Positions 1 through 8,322 of a DNA stretch of 59,757 bases are shown piece after piece. Source of the stretch: a virus (Duplodnaviria > Caudoviricetes); the IMG/VR virus record IMGVR_UViG_3300027983_000018, positions 1 through 59,757 of that record. One strand, given 5' to 3'. Under the pieces are notes generated by a model, which saw nothing but the letters and a program-made list of their open reading frames with translations, was not told the DNA's origin and made no database searches. Made by a program: the position numbers and the translations under genes. Each line of letters starts with the position of its first letter. Position 1 is the stretch's first letter.

Positions 1-1
1 A

Positions 2-172
2 TCATCACAAGCACAGGGCTTCACTCTTGTAGAAAAGCCGTTGGGAGAAGAATGCTTTCCGTATTTTTATTGGACCCCCACAAGGTTCAGGTTACTTACT
101 GAGGCAGAATCTCTGCACATGAGTGAATCTATTGCTGATTTAATAAAAAAAGATGATTTCCAGACCGCTTAA
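2..172 (+). CDS. hypothetical protein, 5'-truncated by window edge
   Basis: Frame 2 is open from the window start (SSQAQGFTLVEKPLGEECFPYFYW...DFQTA*) and overlaps the next start; not in the ORF track. Confidence 0.6.
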   Translation, partial: SSQAQGFTLVEKPLGEECFPYFYWTPTRFRLLTEAESLHMSESIADLIKKDDFQTA

Positions 173-527
173 TAAAACTAAAAGGAAGTTGGATGAGAGT
201 TATGAGAAAGACCTACGTCTGTCTTTGCTTTTGAACATGAATACCAAGCTGTCAAAGATTGCAACTATCTTTAATATGTCGGAACATGAATTAATCAATT
301 GGATCAAGATTAAGCGTAAGTTCCGATTTGAAGATATGAAGGGTACTTTGTATTTTGGTTCAAAGGATAGTCCTTATTATGAGACGGAATTAGACATGAT
401 TCATTCGTTGAATGGTCATAACTACACGTATTCAAGCTTATCTCCTTCTGAGAAAGAGATTTGGAACACAACAGAGAATGAGTATAAATCATGGGTTATT
501 GAACGAGAAATACGTTCAGAATTTTGA
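153..527 (+). CDS. hypothetical protein
   Basis: 124-aa ORF in a tightly packed + strand run. Confidence 0.65.
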   Translation: MISRPLNKTKRKLDESYEKDLRLSLLLNMNTKLSKIATIFNMSEHELINWIKIKRKFRFEDMKGTLYFGSKDSPYYETELDMIHSLNGHNYTYSSLSPSEKEIWNTTENEYKSWVIEREIRSEF

Positions 528-546
528 TTTAGTACCTATTGGTGAG

Positions 547-978
547 ATGGTGGTTTCTGAAATGGTTATGGAGTTACATTACTACAAAACTTATTTCAGA
601 AAGTATCATGGCAGAGATAAGTATTATGTCTTAATGAGAAATTTCGTTGCTAAGAAATTACGTCTTGCTGGTTACAGCTTGCAGGAGATAGCTACAGTTT
701 TTGGTTTAGCCAATCACACAACGATAAAAAATGTAATAGAGAATTTCACTCCACCTGCTGATCACAAAGAGTTTTTACTTAAAAACTTTGATCGCTATAT
801 AAAAGAGTTCATTTATCCAATTTCAATAAAGCATAGGGATCACCACAAGGACAGGTCTTATAGAGAAGTTAAAATTGAGGGAAACGTAGAAATTATTAAA
901 ACAAAAAAAAATAATGCTGAGAAAAAACAAACACAGAAATTTCAATCTAAGAACAAGGGACTCCCTAATGTTATTTAA
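547..978 (+). CDS. HTH DNA-binding protein (DnaA C-terminal/TrpR-like)
   Basis: GYSLQEIATVFGLANHTTIKN resembles the DnaA domain IV signature (SLxEIGxxFGxRDHTTV). Start moved to ATG 547 to avoid a long overlap. Confidence 0.6.
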   Translation: MVVSEMVMELHYYKTYFRKYHGRDKYYVLMRNFVAKKLRLAGYSLQEIATVFGLANHTTIKNVIENFTPPADHKEFLLKNFDRYIKEFIYPISIKHRDHHKDRSYREVKIEGNVEIIKTKKNNAEKKQTQKFQSKNKGLPNVI

Positions 979-1060
979 GACATCTCTTGAAAACAAGGTT
1001 AAGAAAACACCTGGATTAAAATCTTATTACTCAAAAGAAATCGATTTAATAAATGGCTAA
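914..1060 (+). CDS. possible small hypothetical protein (48 aa)
   Basis: MLRKNKHRNF...IDLING* fills the gap and overlaps both neighbours; below the ORF-track cutoff. Confidence 0.35.
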   Translation: MLRKNKHRNFNLRTRDSLMLFKTSLENKVKKTPGLKSYYSKEIDLING

Positions 1061-1616
1061 CATGTGTTCCAACTATGTTAGATTTACTGGTGAAAAAGCT
1101 AACATAGAAAATCTTTTTTTAGTTTTAAAAGAGATGCTTAAACGATCTGAAGAAACAGGATTTGGTGTAATACCTGTGTTCCAAGAGAAATCGTGGGAAG
1201 GTTATTACTTTAACCTTCAGATTATAAATGATGACATTGATGCTGAAGTATCAATTAGTTATGAAACAAAATGGAATCCAATCATAAAAGATTTAACTTG
1301 GCTTGCAATTAAAATGGGTGTTTCTTTTGTTTCTGATTCTAGCGAATCAGGCAATGACATTTACATAAGTTATGAGTACGTTCATGAATCAGGAGAGTTA
1401 TCCTTTAGTGAACTTACAAGTGATGAAATAGATGAGTGTATCTTTTGGCTGACAGAAGATGATGAAATGGTTAAGTCCCGTTATGATACTACGGAGAAAG
1501 AAGAAGAAGAGTTTGAACAATTAAATTATTATCTTGATGAAGATTATGAGATGCTTGAAAACATTCTTTCAGAAAAATCAAAGGAACTAATGGATCCTTT
1601 TGATTTTAATCAGTAA
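1053..1616 (+). CDS. YubB/DUF1281 (Api92-like) ferredoxin-like domain protein
   Basis: N-terminal MANMCSNYVRFTG, SYETKWNP and ESG motifs typical of the MPNWCxN...FxTAWxP family; acidic tail. Confidence 0.6.
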   Translation: MANMCSNYVRFTGEKANIENLFLVLKEMLKRSEETGFGVIPVFQEKSWEGYYFNLQIINDDIDAEVSISYETKWNPIIKDLTWLAIKMGVSFVSDSSESGNDIYISYEYVHESGELSFSELTSDEIDECIFWLTEDDEMVKSRYDTTEKEEEEFEQLNYYLDEDYEMLENILSEKSKELMDPFDFNQ

Positions 1617-1630
1617 CTTAAAATAAAGTT

Positions 1631-1963
1631 ATGAGTAGAAAATTCAGGATTCCTTTTCTGACAAATAAGATAGTTTTGTTAGTAGAAAACAATCGTTACA
1701 CTGTTGAAGACGCAAATTTAAAGATAGCTTATTGTGATTTATCTTACATAGACGAGATGCATGAAGAAGCGTTAGAAGTTTTAGAAACTATGACTCCCAC
1801 TTCATTGAACTCGTTTTTGAAAAAAAATTCTTTTGAGCTTGTTGAATACAAGACGACAGTAGATATGATTGAGAGTATCCTTCAAGGTTATGTAGCAAAC
1901 AAGTTAAAGCTTGGTATAAATCCTTACATTGAATCGTTCACCATTAAACACATTAACAAATGA
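1631..1963 (+). CDS. hypothetical protein
   Basis: 110-aa ORF with an ATGA overlap into the next gene. Confidence 0.7.
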   Translation: MSRKFRIPFLTNKIVLLVENNRYTVEDANLKIAYCDLSYIDEMHEEALEVLETMTPTSLNSFLKKNSFELVEYKTTVDMIESILQGYVANKLKLGINPYIESFTIKHINK

Positions 1964-2133
1964 CAATACCAGAACAAATAGCTGAGCTTAAGTCTAAGCT
2001 AACAGGAAATCTTTTTGCTGATGGAGAAACCATGCAGCAAATATATGAGTTAAAGAAGAAACTTAACCCTGAAATTGAAACAAATCCTGAACAGGATGAT
2101 GAAGATGAAGGGTGCTTATACTGTGGAAGCTAA
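1960..2133 (+). CDS. 57-aa micro-protein with C-terminal CxxC (DDEDEGCLYCGS)
   Basis: Not in the ORF track. ATGA overlap at the start and TAATG overlap at the end indicate translational coupling on both sides. Confidence 0.8.
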   Translation: MTIPEQIAELKSKLTGNLFADGETMQQIYELKKKLNPEIETNPEQDDEDEGCLYCGS

Positions 2134-2525
2134 TGAAAAAAACATTCGTAATACGATACGTTAAAAGAAGTGGAAAACTTATTCCTAAAGATAACTTATC
2201 CAAGATAAAGCTTAAAGAATACATTAATTCAATAAGTGAAAATGACATCATTGATGTACTGTTTGAAGCTGATGAACCAAACAATACAAAGTCACAGCTG
2301 GCAAAGGTTCACGTAATGATTAATGCTATAGCAAGTGAGACAGGTGAAGATGTTAAAAAAACAAAGATTGACGTAAAGGATCAGTGCGGGTTAACTTATT
2401 ATCAAGATCAGCAAAAGAAGTTCAAATCTTTTGCTGATCTATCAAGAGCTGAGCTTTCCGATGTAATTGAAAAGCTTTATTTAGTTGGAGAATTTGTTGG
2501 CATTAACTTTCAGAAGGACTTGTAG
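2133..2525 (+). CDS. NinB/Orf-like recombination mediator (tentative)
   Basis: SQLAKVHVMINAIASETG and KSFADLSRAELSDVIE patterns resemble NinB/YbcN-type proteins. Start placed at the TAATG overlap. Confidence 0.5.
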   Translation: MKKTFVIRYVKRSGKLIPKDNLSKIKLKEYINSISENDIIDVLFEADEPNNTKSQLAKVHVMINAIASETGEDVKKTKIDVKDQCGLTYYQDQQKKFKSFADLSRAELSDVIEKLYLVGEFVGINFQKDL

Positions 2526-2811
2526 GTAGTATTTCCTCATCAGGAATTTCAAACTCTTCATCAACTGTTAAGTTGTTTTCAACAGCAGCTTCCTCAATAG
2601 ATTTAATCATCATCATGTGATTTCTAATCACATATTCGTCAAGTGTTAATTGACCGTTAGATTGTATTTTTTCAAGACTCACTAAAGGTTCTTTTAAATT
2701 TTCAACTAAAACAATAACGGCATCTTTAAGCATCTTATAAAACCCTCCTGAAACCTCAATTGTAATAACAACATCGTCTTTAATAACCGGTAACATAACT
2801 TTTTTTCCCAT
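2503..2811 (-). CDS. hypothetical protein (lone antisense gene)
   Basis: Protein-like ORF (MGKKVMLPVIKDDVVITIEVSGGFY...) filling an otherwise empty 285-bp gap between + genes; alternative start at 2796. Confidence 0.7.
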   Translation of the reverse strand: MGKKVMLPVIKDDVVITIEVSGGFYKMLKDAVIVLVENLKEPLVSLEKIQSNGQLTLDEYVIRNHMMMIKSIEEAAVENNLTVDEEFEIPDEEILPTSPSES

Positions 2812-3373
2812 GAACAATACAGATAAAATTAAACAATTAAGTGCGAAGTTAACAATTAAACATGAGCAAAGCACCTGGTCACCATTGCTAACCGATTTCT
2901 TTTCATCTATTCAACACGAAATGTTGTTAGACAACTTGCTTACAGATTTAAGCGAAGGAATTAAGTTTGCACCACCATTAAAAGAATGGTATGATGAGTA
3001 CGACAAGGACATGTCTAAGATAAAATTCATTGCCGTAACAACGGATTACGAAACAAAATTTAAAGAAAACCCGTTTGTTTTTAACCTCGTGTGCGCTCGA
3101 ACATCAAACCTTAAAACAAACCACATTTCATTTTGGAATCATCTTACCGAAGAAACATTAAGACATGCTTCAGAAAAAATACCTGGAGTAGTTGTTATAT
3201 TCTTAGGACCAAACACGTACAGGTATGCAAAAGTTCTAAAAGAAGGGACAGCTAAGTCATTTGTACCTGCACCAGATTCTGAATTTTGGTTAACAAAAAA
3301 AGGAGTTTCTCTTTACGAAAAGAAACTAAAAAAACAGGCTAGCTTAGATGAAAGTTCTGAATTATTTAACTAA
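2810..3373 (+). CDS. degenerate uracil-DNA glycosylase-like protein
   Basis: Family-1 UDG scaffold is recognisable (W..LL..FF, FAPP, ART...H...W, GVVVIFLG...Y), but the GQDPY and HPS catalytic motifs are absent. Confidence 0.55.
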   Translation: MNNTDKIKQLSAKLTIKHEQSTWSPLLTDFFSSIQHEMLLDNLLTDLSEGIKFAPPLKEWYDEYDKDMSKIKFIAVTTDYETKFKENPFVFNLVCARTSNLKTNHISFWNHLTEETLRHASEKIPGVVVIFLGPNTYRYAKVLKEGTAKSFVPAPDSEFWLTKKGVSLYEKKLKKQASLDESSELFN

Positions 3374-3387
3374 GTTTGTAACCCTCT

Positions 3388-3975
3388 ATGAAAAAAGAAC
3401 TAAAGCAAAATTCATTACTTTCTCGGTTAAAATACCATAAGATAAACTTATCTGTGTGGTACGTTTTAGTTAAGTTGTACAACGAAGAACCTGTAAAAGA
3501 AGAGCTTCTGAAGAAGGTGAACCCTTCCCTTGCGGTAGATGGAAAGCTAACTCAAAAAGGAATCGATGTACTTAAAAGTATTGATGACTTGTTTGCAACA
3601 AAAAAGAAACTCAAGTCTGAACAACTTATGGGTGACGATTATCAAAATAAGATTGAAGAATACCTTGACTTGTTTCCAATAAAAAAGTTACCTAATGGTA
3701 AGTATGCTAGAGGAGATAAACGAAACGTGGAAGTTAATTTCAGATGGTTTTTTGAGAACTACAACTACAGCTGGGAAGTTATTCTTGAATCAACAAATAT
3801 GTATGTAAAGGAGTATGCACAAAAGAACTTCTTGTACATGCGAACTGCAAAGTATTTTGTTAGAAAAGATGACGGAACACGTAATGTAAATTCAGACTTA
3901 GCAGATTACTGCGACAGGTATGTAGATCACGGATGTTACGTAGAAGAAAAAACATTTAAAACAAAAGTTATTTAA
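3388..3975 (+). CDS. conserved crAss-like replication protein upstream of the helicase (putative loader/initiator)
   Basis: Winged-helix-like N-terminus (GKLTQKG), EEYLDLFP motif, TAATG coupling to dnaB. Confidence 0.55.
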   Translation: MKKELKQNSLLSRLKYHKINLSVWYVLVKLYNEEPVKEELLKKVNPSLAVDGKLTQKGIDVLKSIDDLFATKKKLKSEQLMGDDYQNKIEEYLDLFPIKKLPNGKYARGDKRNVEVNFRWFFENYNYSWEVILESTNMYVKEYAQKNFLYMRTAKYFVRKDDGTRNVNSDLADYCDRYVDHGCYVEEKTFKTKVI

Positions 3976-5009
3976 TGGATGTAGTAATCTCAAAACCAAA
4001 ATGGGTCAGTCATGCAATGCACTATAAAGATGCATTGAAGTACATGAAGGGCAAGCAGCAAGGAAATATAACAAGTTACAAGACTCCTTGGCCAAAGTTT
4101 AATGACGCAACCATGCAGGGTCTTGAGTTCAATACAATCACATTGATTGGAGGAAGACCTGCATCTGGAAAAACGCTACTGGTAGATCAAATTGTAAGAG
4201 AAGGATTTAAGTTGAACCCTGGAATGAATTTAAGAGTTCTCCAATTCCAATTGGAAATGTTTGGTAGAACATCTAAGCTTAGGGAATTTTCAGCAATAAC
4301 AAGTAAGACTTACAAGGAGCTGTGTTCTTCATCAGATGACTCGTCCGTTATAGATGATAAAACAATTGAGTTGTGTCATAAACACGCGATAGAAGCAGCC
4401 AAGTATCCAATTGATGTAGTAGATGATCCGGTATCTGTTGTTGAGTTTAAGAAGACAATAATTTCCTACATGGAAACACATGCTTCAAGCTTAACAAAAG
4501 TAGTTAAAGGACACCCTGTAAAAATAAAGCAATACAAAAAAACAGTAGTCACATTAGATCACTCTGTTTTAATTAAGAAAGATAAATCAGAATCAAGTAA
4601 GCAAGAAACTCTTGCGAACCTTGGTGAAGCTTGTACAGAATTAAAAAAGAAATACCCTATTGCATTCATACTTCTTACTCAGCTCAATAGAGAGACAGAT
4701 AGACCTGAGAGAAATGAAGATGGTAAGTATGGGAATTACATTTTAGAATCTGACATATATGGAGGTGACGGTTTGCTGCAACATGCAGACATAGTTATCG
4801 GGGTTAATCGTCCAGCAAAAAGATTTATTAAAACGTATGGTCCAGACAACTACATTATTGAAGATGAGAATACATTAGTTTTCCATTGGATAAAATCAAG
4901 GAATGGTGAAACGGGAATGAGTTTTTTCAAAGCAGAGTTCCATAAGATGTCTATTGCTGAAATGAATACACCTGGACAAAGTTCAAGTTTTAAACCAACA
5001 AGAAAGTAA
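3975..5009 (+). CDS. dnaB: DnaB-like replicative helicase (SF4)
   Basis: Walker A GGRPASGKT, QLEM, TLDH, LTQLNR, QHADIV and KSRNG motifs. Confidence 0.92.
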   Translation: MDVVISKPKWVSHAMHYKDALKYMKGKQQGNITSYKTPWPKFNDATMQGLEFNTITLIGGRPASGKTLLVDQIVREGFKLNPGMNLRVLQFQLEMFGRTSKLREFSAITSKTYKELCSSSDDSSVIDDKTIELCHKHAIEAAKYPIDVVDDPVSVVEFKKTIISYMETHASSLTKVVKGHPVKIKQYKKTVVTLDHSVLIKKDKSESSKQETLANLGEACTELKKKYPIAFILLTQLNRETDRPERNEDGKYGNYILESDIYGGDGLLQHADIVIGVNRPAKRFIKTYGPDNYIIEDENTLVFHWIKSRNGETGMSFFKAEFHKMSIAEMNTPGQSSSFKPTRK

Positions 5010-5013
5010 TTAA

Positions 5014-5544
5014 ATGGCAGAAGTTGTATTAACACAAAAACAACAAATGATTGAGCTGAGAGTTCATCATGAAGAATTGTTAGAGAAAATAGGAAAAAAG
5101 AATGGAACGTACTTAGCAAAAGCTAAGTTCAGAAATACAGATAAAGGAGAAGACTGCATTTCATTTTGGGAAGCAGAGCTGGAACAGGAGCAAGATTTTT
5201 TTATAGAAATTGTGGCACTAATAAATAAAGTGTTTATTCGGTCACAAACAAGAACTCTTTACAAGTGGAAGTACAATCCATTTTACAAGGAAGAATATAC
5301 AATGCGAGCACCTTATGGGAACATGACTAACAACACATATTTAATTCCTATAGATGAATTGGAAGAAGTAATTGTTCCAAAAAAACAAAGACCGTCAAAA
5401 GAAATAACATTTGATTTTGACTTACCAAATCCAGACTTGGATTTACCGTTTGACCAAATGACCATAAGAGATTATGCAGCAATTCATTTAGGGAAAGCAG
5501 TAAGTTTTAAGCCATGGTTAAACGAAATTATTAAATCCAAATAA
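5014..5544 (+). CDS. hypothetical protein
   Basis: 176-aa ORF in the replication operon; C-terminal MTIRDYAAI motif. Confidence 0.75.
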   Translation: MAEVVLTQKQQMIELRVHHEELLEKIGKKNGTYLAKAKFRNTDKGEDCISFWEAELEQEQDFFIEIVALINKVFIRSQTRTLYKWKYNPFYKEEYTMRAPYGNMTNNTYLIPIDELEEVIVPKKQRPSKEITFDFDLPNPDLDLPFDQMTIRDYAAIHLGKAVSFKPWLNEIIKSK

Positions 5545-5546
5545 GT

Positions 5547-5972
5547 ATGAGCGAAGATTTTATCCTTCCGACAAAGCCTACTAAGAGTAAGCTTATCAAT
5601 CCACAAAAACTTTTAATCTTCGGTAAGCCTAAGATTGGAAAAACGACTGTTGTAGCTGCACTTGAAAACTGCTTAGTAATTAACTTTGAAGACAAAGTTC
5701 AAACAGCAGACGGAATGATCTTGTATGCACCAGACTACAAATCATTAATGTTAATCTTAGATAAGATTGTTGCTGGAGGGAAACCTTACAAGTACCTTGC
5801 TGTAGACACTTTAACAAAGTTAGAAGACCTTTGTATTCACGAAGCAGAAAAGCTGTACATGAAGACTCCAATGGGTAAAGAATGGTACGTTAAAGATGAG
5901 CAAGGAGTTGTTAAAAAGACTTGCGGTAAAGCAAAGTATGGTAACATATTGTTCTTACCTAATGGATCGGGT
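5547..5972 (+). CDS. Sak4-like/AAA_24 ATPase, exon 1
   Basis: Walker A FGKPKIGKTT and Walker B LAVDT. The exon ends LPNGSG and joins YQYLRQAF after splicing (258 aa total). Confidence 0.88.
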
Positions 5973-6048
5973 GAAAGGTTGCCCGTACTTATCTAATTGC
6001 TGGGATCTCCTAAAGACACATTACTACAAAATAATTTGAAAAAATAAG

Positions 6049-6077
6049 TTTGAATGTTAAAAAAATGTGTATGTTTG
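6049..6077 (+). promoter_or_regulatory. Bacteroidota sigma70-type promoter inside the intron
   Basis: TTTG (6049-6052), 17-nt spacer, TATGTTTG (6070-6077) matching TAnnTTTG, just upstream of ATG 6101. Confidence 0.55.
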
Positions 6078-6100
6078 TCGTAGATATAATTAACAAGGTT

Positions 6101-7072
6101 ATGAACGACAACAATGGACAATCAGCAGCCAAGCCTCTAAGCTCAAATGAGTATGAGGAAGGTTCAACGACTATCTCCCGGAAGGAGAGTACAACACATC
6201 AAGTGTTGGAAAAGGTAAGCATTAAACATTATAGATTGAACGAGAAAAAATTCTCCTCAGAACAAGGAGTGTATGCAATTTATTGTTTAGAAAATAAAAA
6301 AGTTTATGTTGGATCATGTATTAACTTACATGCAAGATTGATAAGACACAAGTCATATTTAAAAAACAAAAGACATCACGCAGTAAAACTTCAAAGAAGT
6401 TACGACAAGCACGGAATAGATTCCTTTGTTGTCTATTTAATTGAAGAGTTAAAAGAAAGAAGTCAAATTACAATTGAAGAATCAAAATGGATTAAGAAAC
6501 TAAATAGTTTTAAAGAAGGATTAAACTCAACAGAAAAAACAATTAACTTAAAACCATTTAAGTTAACGACAGAGCAAATTGAAAAACGAATAGCTCATTC
6601 AAGTAAACCTGTTGTGTGTTTAGATCTTAACGGAACATACTTAGTAACATACAAATCTATTTCTGATGCAGCAAGAGCAATAGGAGATCAATCAACAAAC
6701 ATAAGCGGATGTTGTAAAGGAAGATTAAATTACATAAAAGATTTCATCTTTGTGTATGAATCAGAATATGACAAAAATAAAAATTATCAATTAACACCAA
6801 GAGAATACAATTTTAGCAATGATCACAAACAAAAAATTTCTAATGCCTTAAAAGGAAGACAACTTTCTGACAAAGCAAAAGAAGCGAATAAGTTAAGATC
6901 AAGTAAACAAATAAACAAATACAACGCAATGGGTGAATTAGTTAAAAGATATAAATCAATAACTGAATGTGCTCAAAGTGACTCGTTTGATAACAGAACC
7001 CTGGTAAAGTACATTAAAAATAATAATCCATTAGGGGGGTTTCTGTATAGGTTTAATGAAGATATAGTCTAG
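6101..7072 (+). CDS. intron-encoded GIY-YIG homing endonuclease with NUMOD1/NUMOD3-like DNA-binding repeats
   Basis: GVYAIYCLENKKVYVGS, R..RH and E..WI motifs; YKSISDAARAIG...ISGCCKG; HKQKISNALKG; YKSITECA. Start uncertain (6050-6101). Confidence 0.9.
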   Translation: MNDNNGQSAAKPLSSNEYEEGSTTISRKESTTHQVLEKVSIKHYRLNEKKFSSEQGVYAIYCLENKKVYVGSCINLHARLIRHKSYLKNKRHHAVKLQRSYDKHGIDSFVVYLIEELKERSQITIEESKWIKKLNSFKEGLNSTEKTINLKPFKLTTEQIEKRIAHSSKPVVCLDLNGTYLVTYKSISDAARAIGDQSTNISGCCKGRLNYIKDFIFVYESEYDKNKNYQLTPREYNFSNDHKQKISNALKGRQLSDKAKEANKLRSSKQINKYNAMGELVKRYKSITECAQSDSFDNRTLVKYIKNNNPLGGFLYRFNEDIV

Positions 7073-7099
7073 CCTGTGGCGAAAGTTACAGAACAAGCG

Positions 7100-7450
7100 T
7101 ACCAATATTTGCGCCAAGCTTTTAAGAAAGTAATCTTGAAGTTGGAATCATGTGCAGAAAACATTATCTACATTGCTCACGTTAAGGAAACAAACATCCT
7201 TAAAGATGGTGCAGAATTTACTTCTAATGACATCAACTTAGTTGGTAAAAACAAGCAAGCTATTTCAGCTGATGCACACGCAATAGGTTACATGACACGT
7301 ATAGCAAATAAAAACTATTTGTGTTTCCAACCAAGTGACGATGTGCTTGCAGGCTGTAAGATTGACAGGCTTGAGGGAAGAAACATATTGATAAGTGAGT
7401 ATGATGAACAAGGAAAATTTGTTTCTCACTGGAATGAAGTTTATATTTAA
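7100..7450 (+). CDS. Sak4-like/AAA_24 ATPase, exon 2
   Basis: YQYLRQAF...IIYIAHVKE...ADAHAIGYM continues the AAA_24 fold. Confidence 0.88.
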   Translation, partial: YQYLRQAFKKVILKLESCAENIIYIAHVKETNILKDGAEFTSNDINLVGKNKQAISADAHAIGYMTRIANKNYLCFQPSDDVLAGCKIDRLEGRNILISEYDEQGKFVSHWNEVYI

Positions 7451-7511
7451 GCTAACTTTGTATTCCGAATTAAAATTAAATAAATAAAAACAACAAGTAA
7501 AAAAAAGTAAA

Positions 7512-8264
7512 ATGGCAGGATTAGATTTATCAGGAATGAAGAAAACAGGGTTTGTATCGAAAGAGTTCAAACCAGGAAACGTAACAGCAAGAATCGTTGA
7601 TGTTAAGTTTGAGAAGAAAGAAACACCTTTAAACAAAAAGGGTTTAGATGAGTATGAGTTATCATTCTACTTAGAAACACCGCCTCTTGCTGACGGGTTC
7701 GTTGGGTTTGACAAAGTGTTTGGTGATCCATCACAAGGACAATACACAGGACAAGTGAGATGGGTTAAAACAAGTGACTGGCCAATTAAACATGAAGAGT
7801 TTGTAAGCAAGAAAGGTGAGAACATTACACGAAGTGTAGCTGTTCAAGTTGCTGAAACTTTAGAAACATTATCTGCTCTTTATGGTAAACCAAATTGGTT
7901 GCATGAAACAGCAGCAAAAGTTTCGAAAGTTGAGGACTTAGTTAAGTTTTTCGTGCAATCAAAAATGTACAAAGATGTATACTTAGACTGGTTGATTGCT
8001 GGACAAGAAGACATGAACGCAAAAGGATACAAAGTGTACTACTGTTACTTCCCAACATACAAAATGAAAGTAGATTCTTTTGTAAACTTGAAAGGTAAAG
8101 AAGTAGATACTTTTAATTCAAGCATTCACATTGTTAAAAGCAAACGTATGACTGAAGCAAGTGAAAGCTTGAACAATGACAACGACGAGCCAGAAACAAC
8201 AGCAGAAAACCCATTTGAAACATCAGATGATGATGACGATGAGTTGTTTGACATGGAAGATTAA
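7512..8264 (+). CDS. putative single-stranded DNA-binding protein
   Basis: Directly follows the Sak4-like gene; KPG...ARIVDV N-terminus and acidic-aromatic C-terminal tail (DDDDDELFDMED). Confidence 0.6.
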   Translation: MAGLDLSGMKKTGFVSKEFKPGNVTARIVDVKFEKKETPLNKKGLDEYELSFYLETPPLADGFVGFDKVFGDPSQGQYTGQVRWVKTSDWPIKHEEFVSKKGENITRSVAVQVAETLETLSALYGKPNWLHETAAKVSKVEDLVKFFVQSKMYKDVYLDWLIAGQEDMNAKGYKVYYCYFPTYKMKVDSFVNLKGKEVDTFNSSIHIVKSKRMTEASESLNNDNDEPETTAENPFETSDDDDDELFDMED

Positions 8265-8281
8265 TTTATTTTATTAGTAAC

Positions 8282-8312
8282 AAGGGCTGATGTTTGTCAT
8301 CAGCCCTTTTTT
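8282..8312 (+). terminator. intrinsic terminator
   Basis: AAGGGCTGATG-tttgt-CATCAGCCCTT stem followed by a T run. Confidence 0.85.
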
Positions 8313-8322
8313 ATTTAAACAA

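Larger units (their letters stand above)
5973..7099 (+). mobile_element. group I self-splicing intron (subgroup IA2-like), 1127 nt
   Basis: P1 CGGGU/GCCCG with U5972-G5981 wobble; P AATTGCTGGGA (5995); Q AATCAGCAG (6120); R TCAACGACTA (6164); P7.1/P7.2 hairpins; P3 CTTATC/GGTAAG; S AAGATATAGTC (7059); P9 with GAAA loop; terminal G7099; splicing restores the frame. Confidence 0.93.

Noticed and set aside
7076-7450. Independent 124-aa gene from the ORF track
   Set aside because: Its first 8 codons are the intron P9/3' end; it is exon 2 of the Sak4-like ATPase.
8290-8322. N-terminal extension of the primase
   Set aside because: It lies within the terminator hairpin; ATG 8323 is more plausible.
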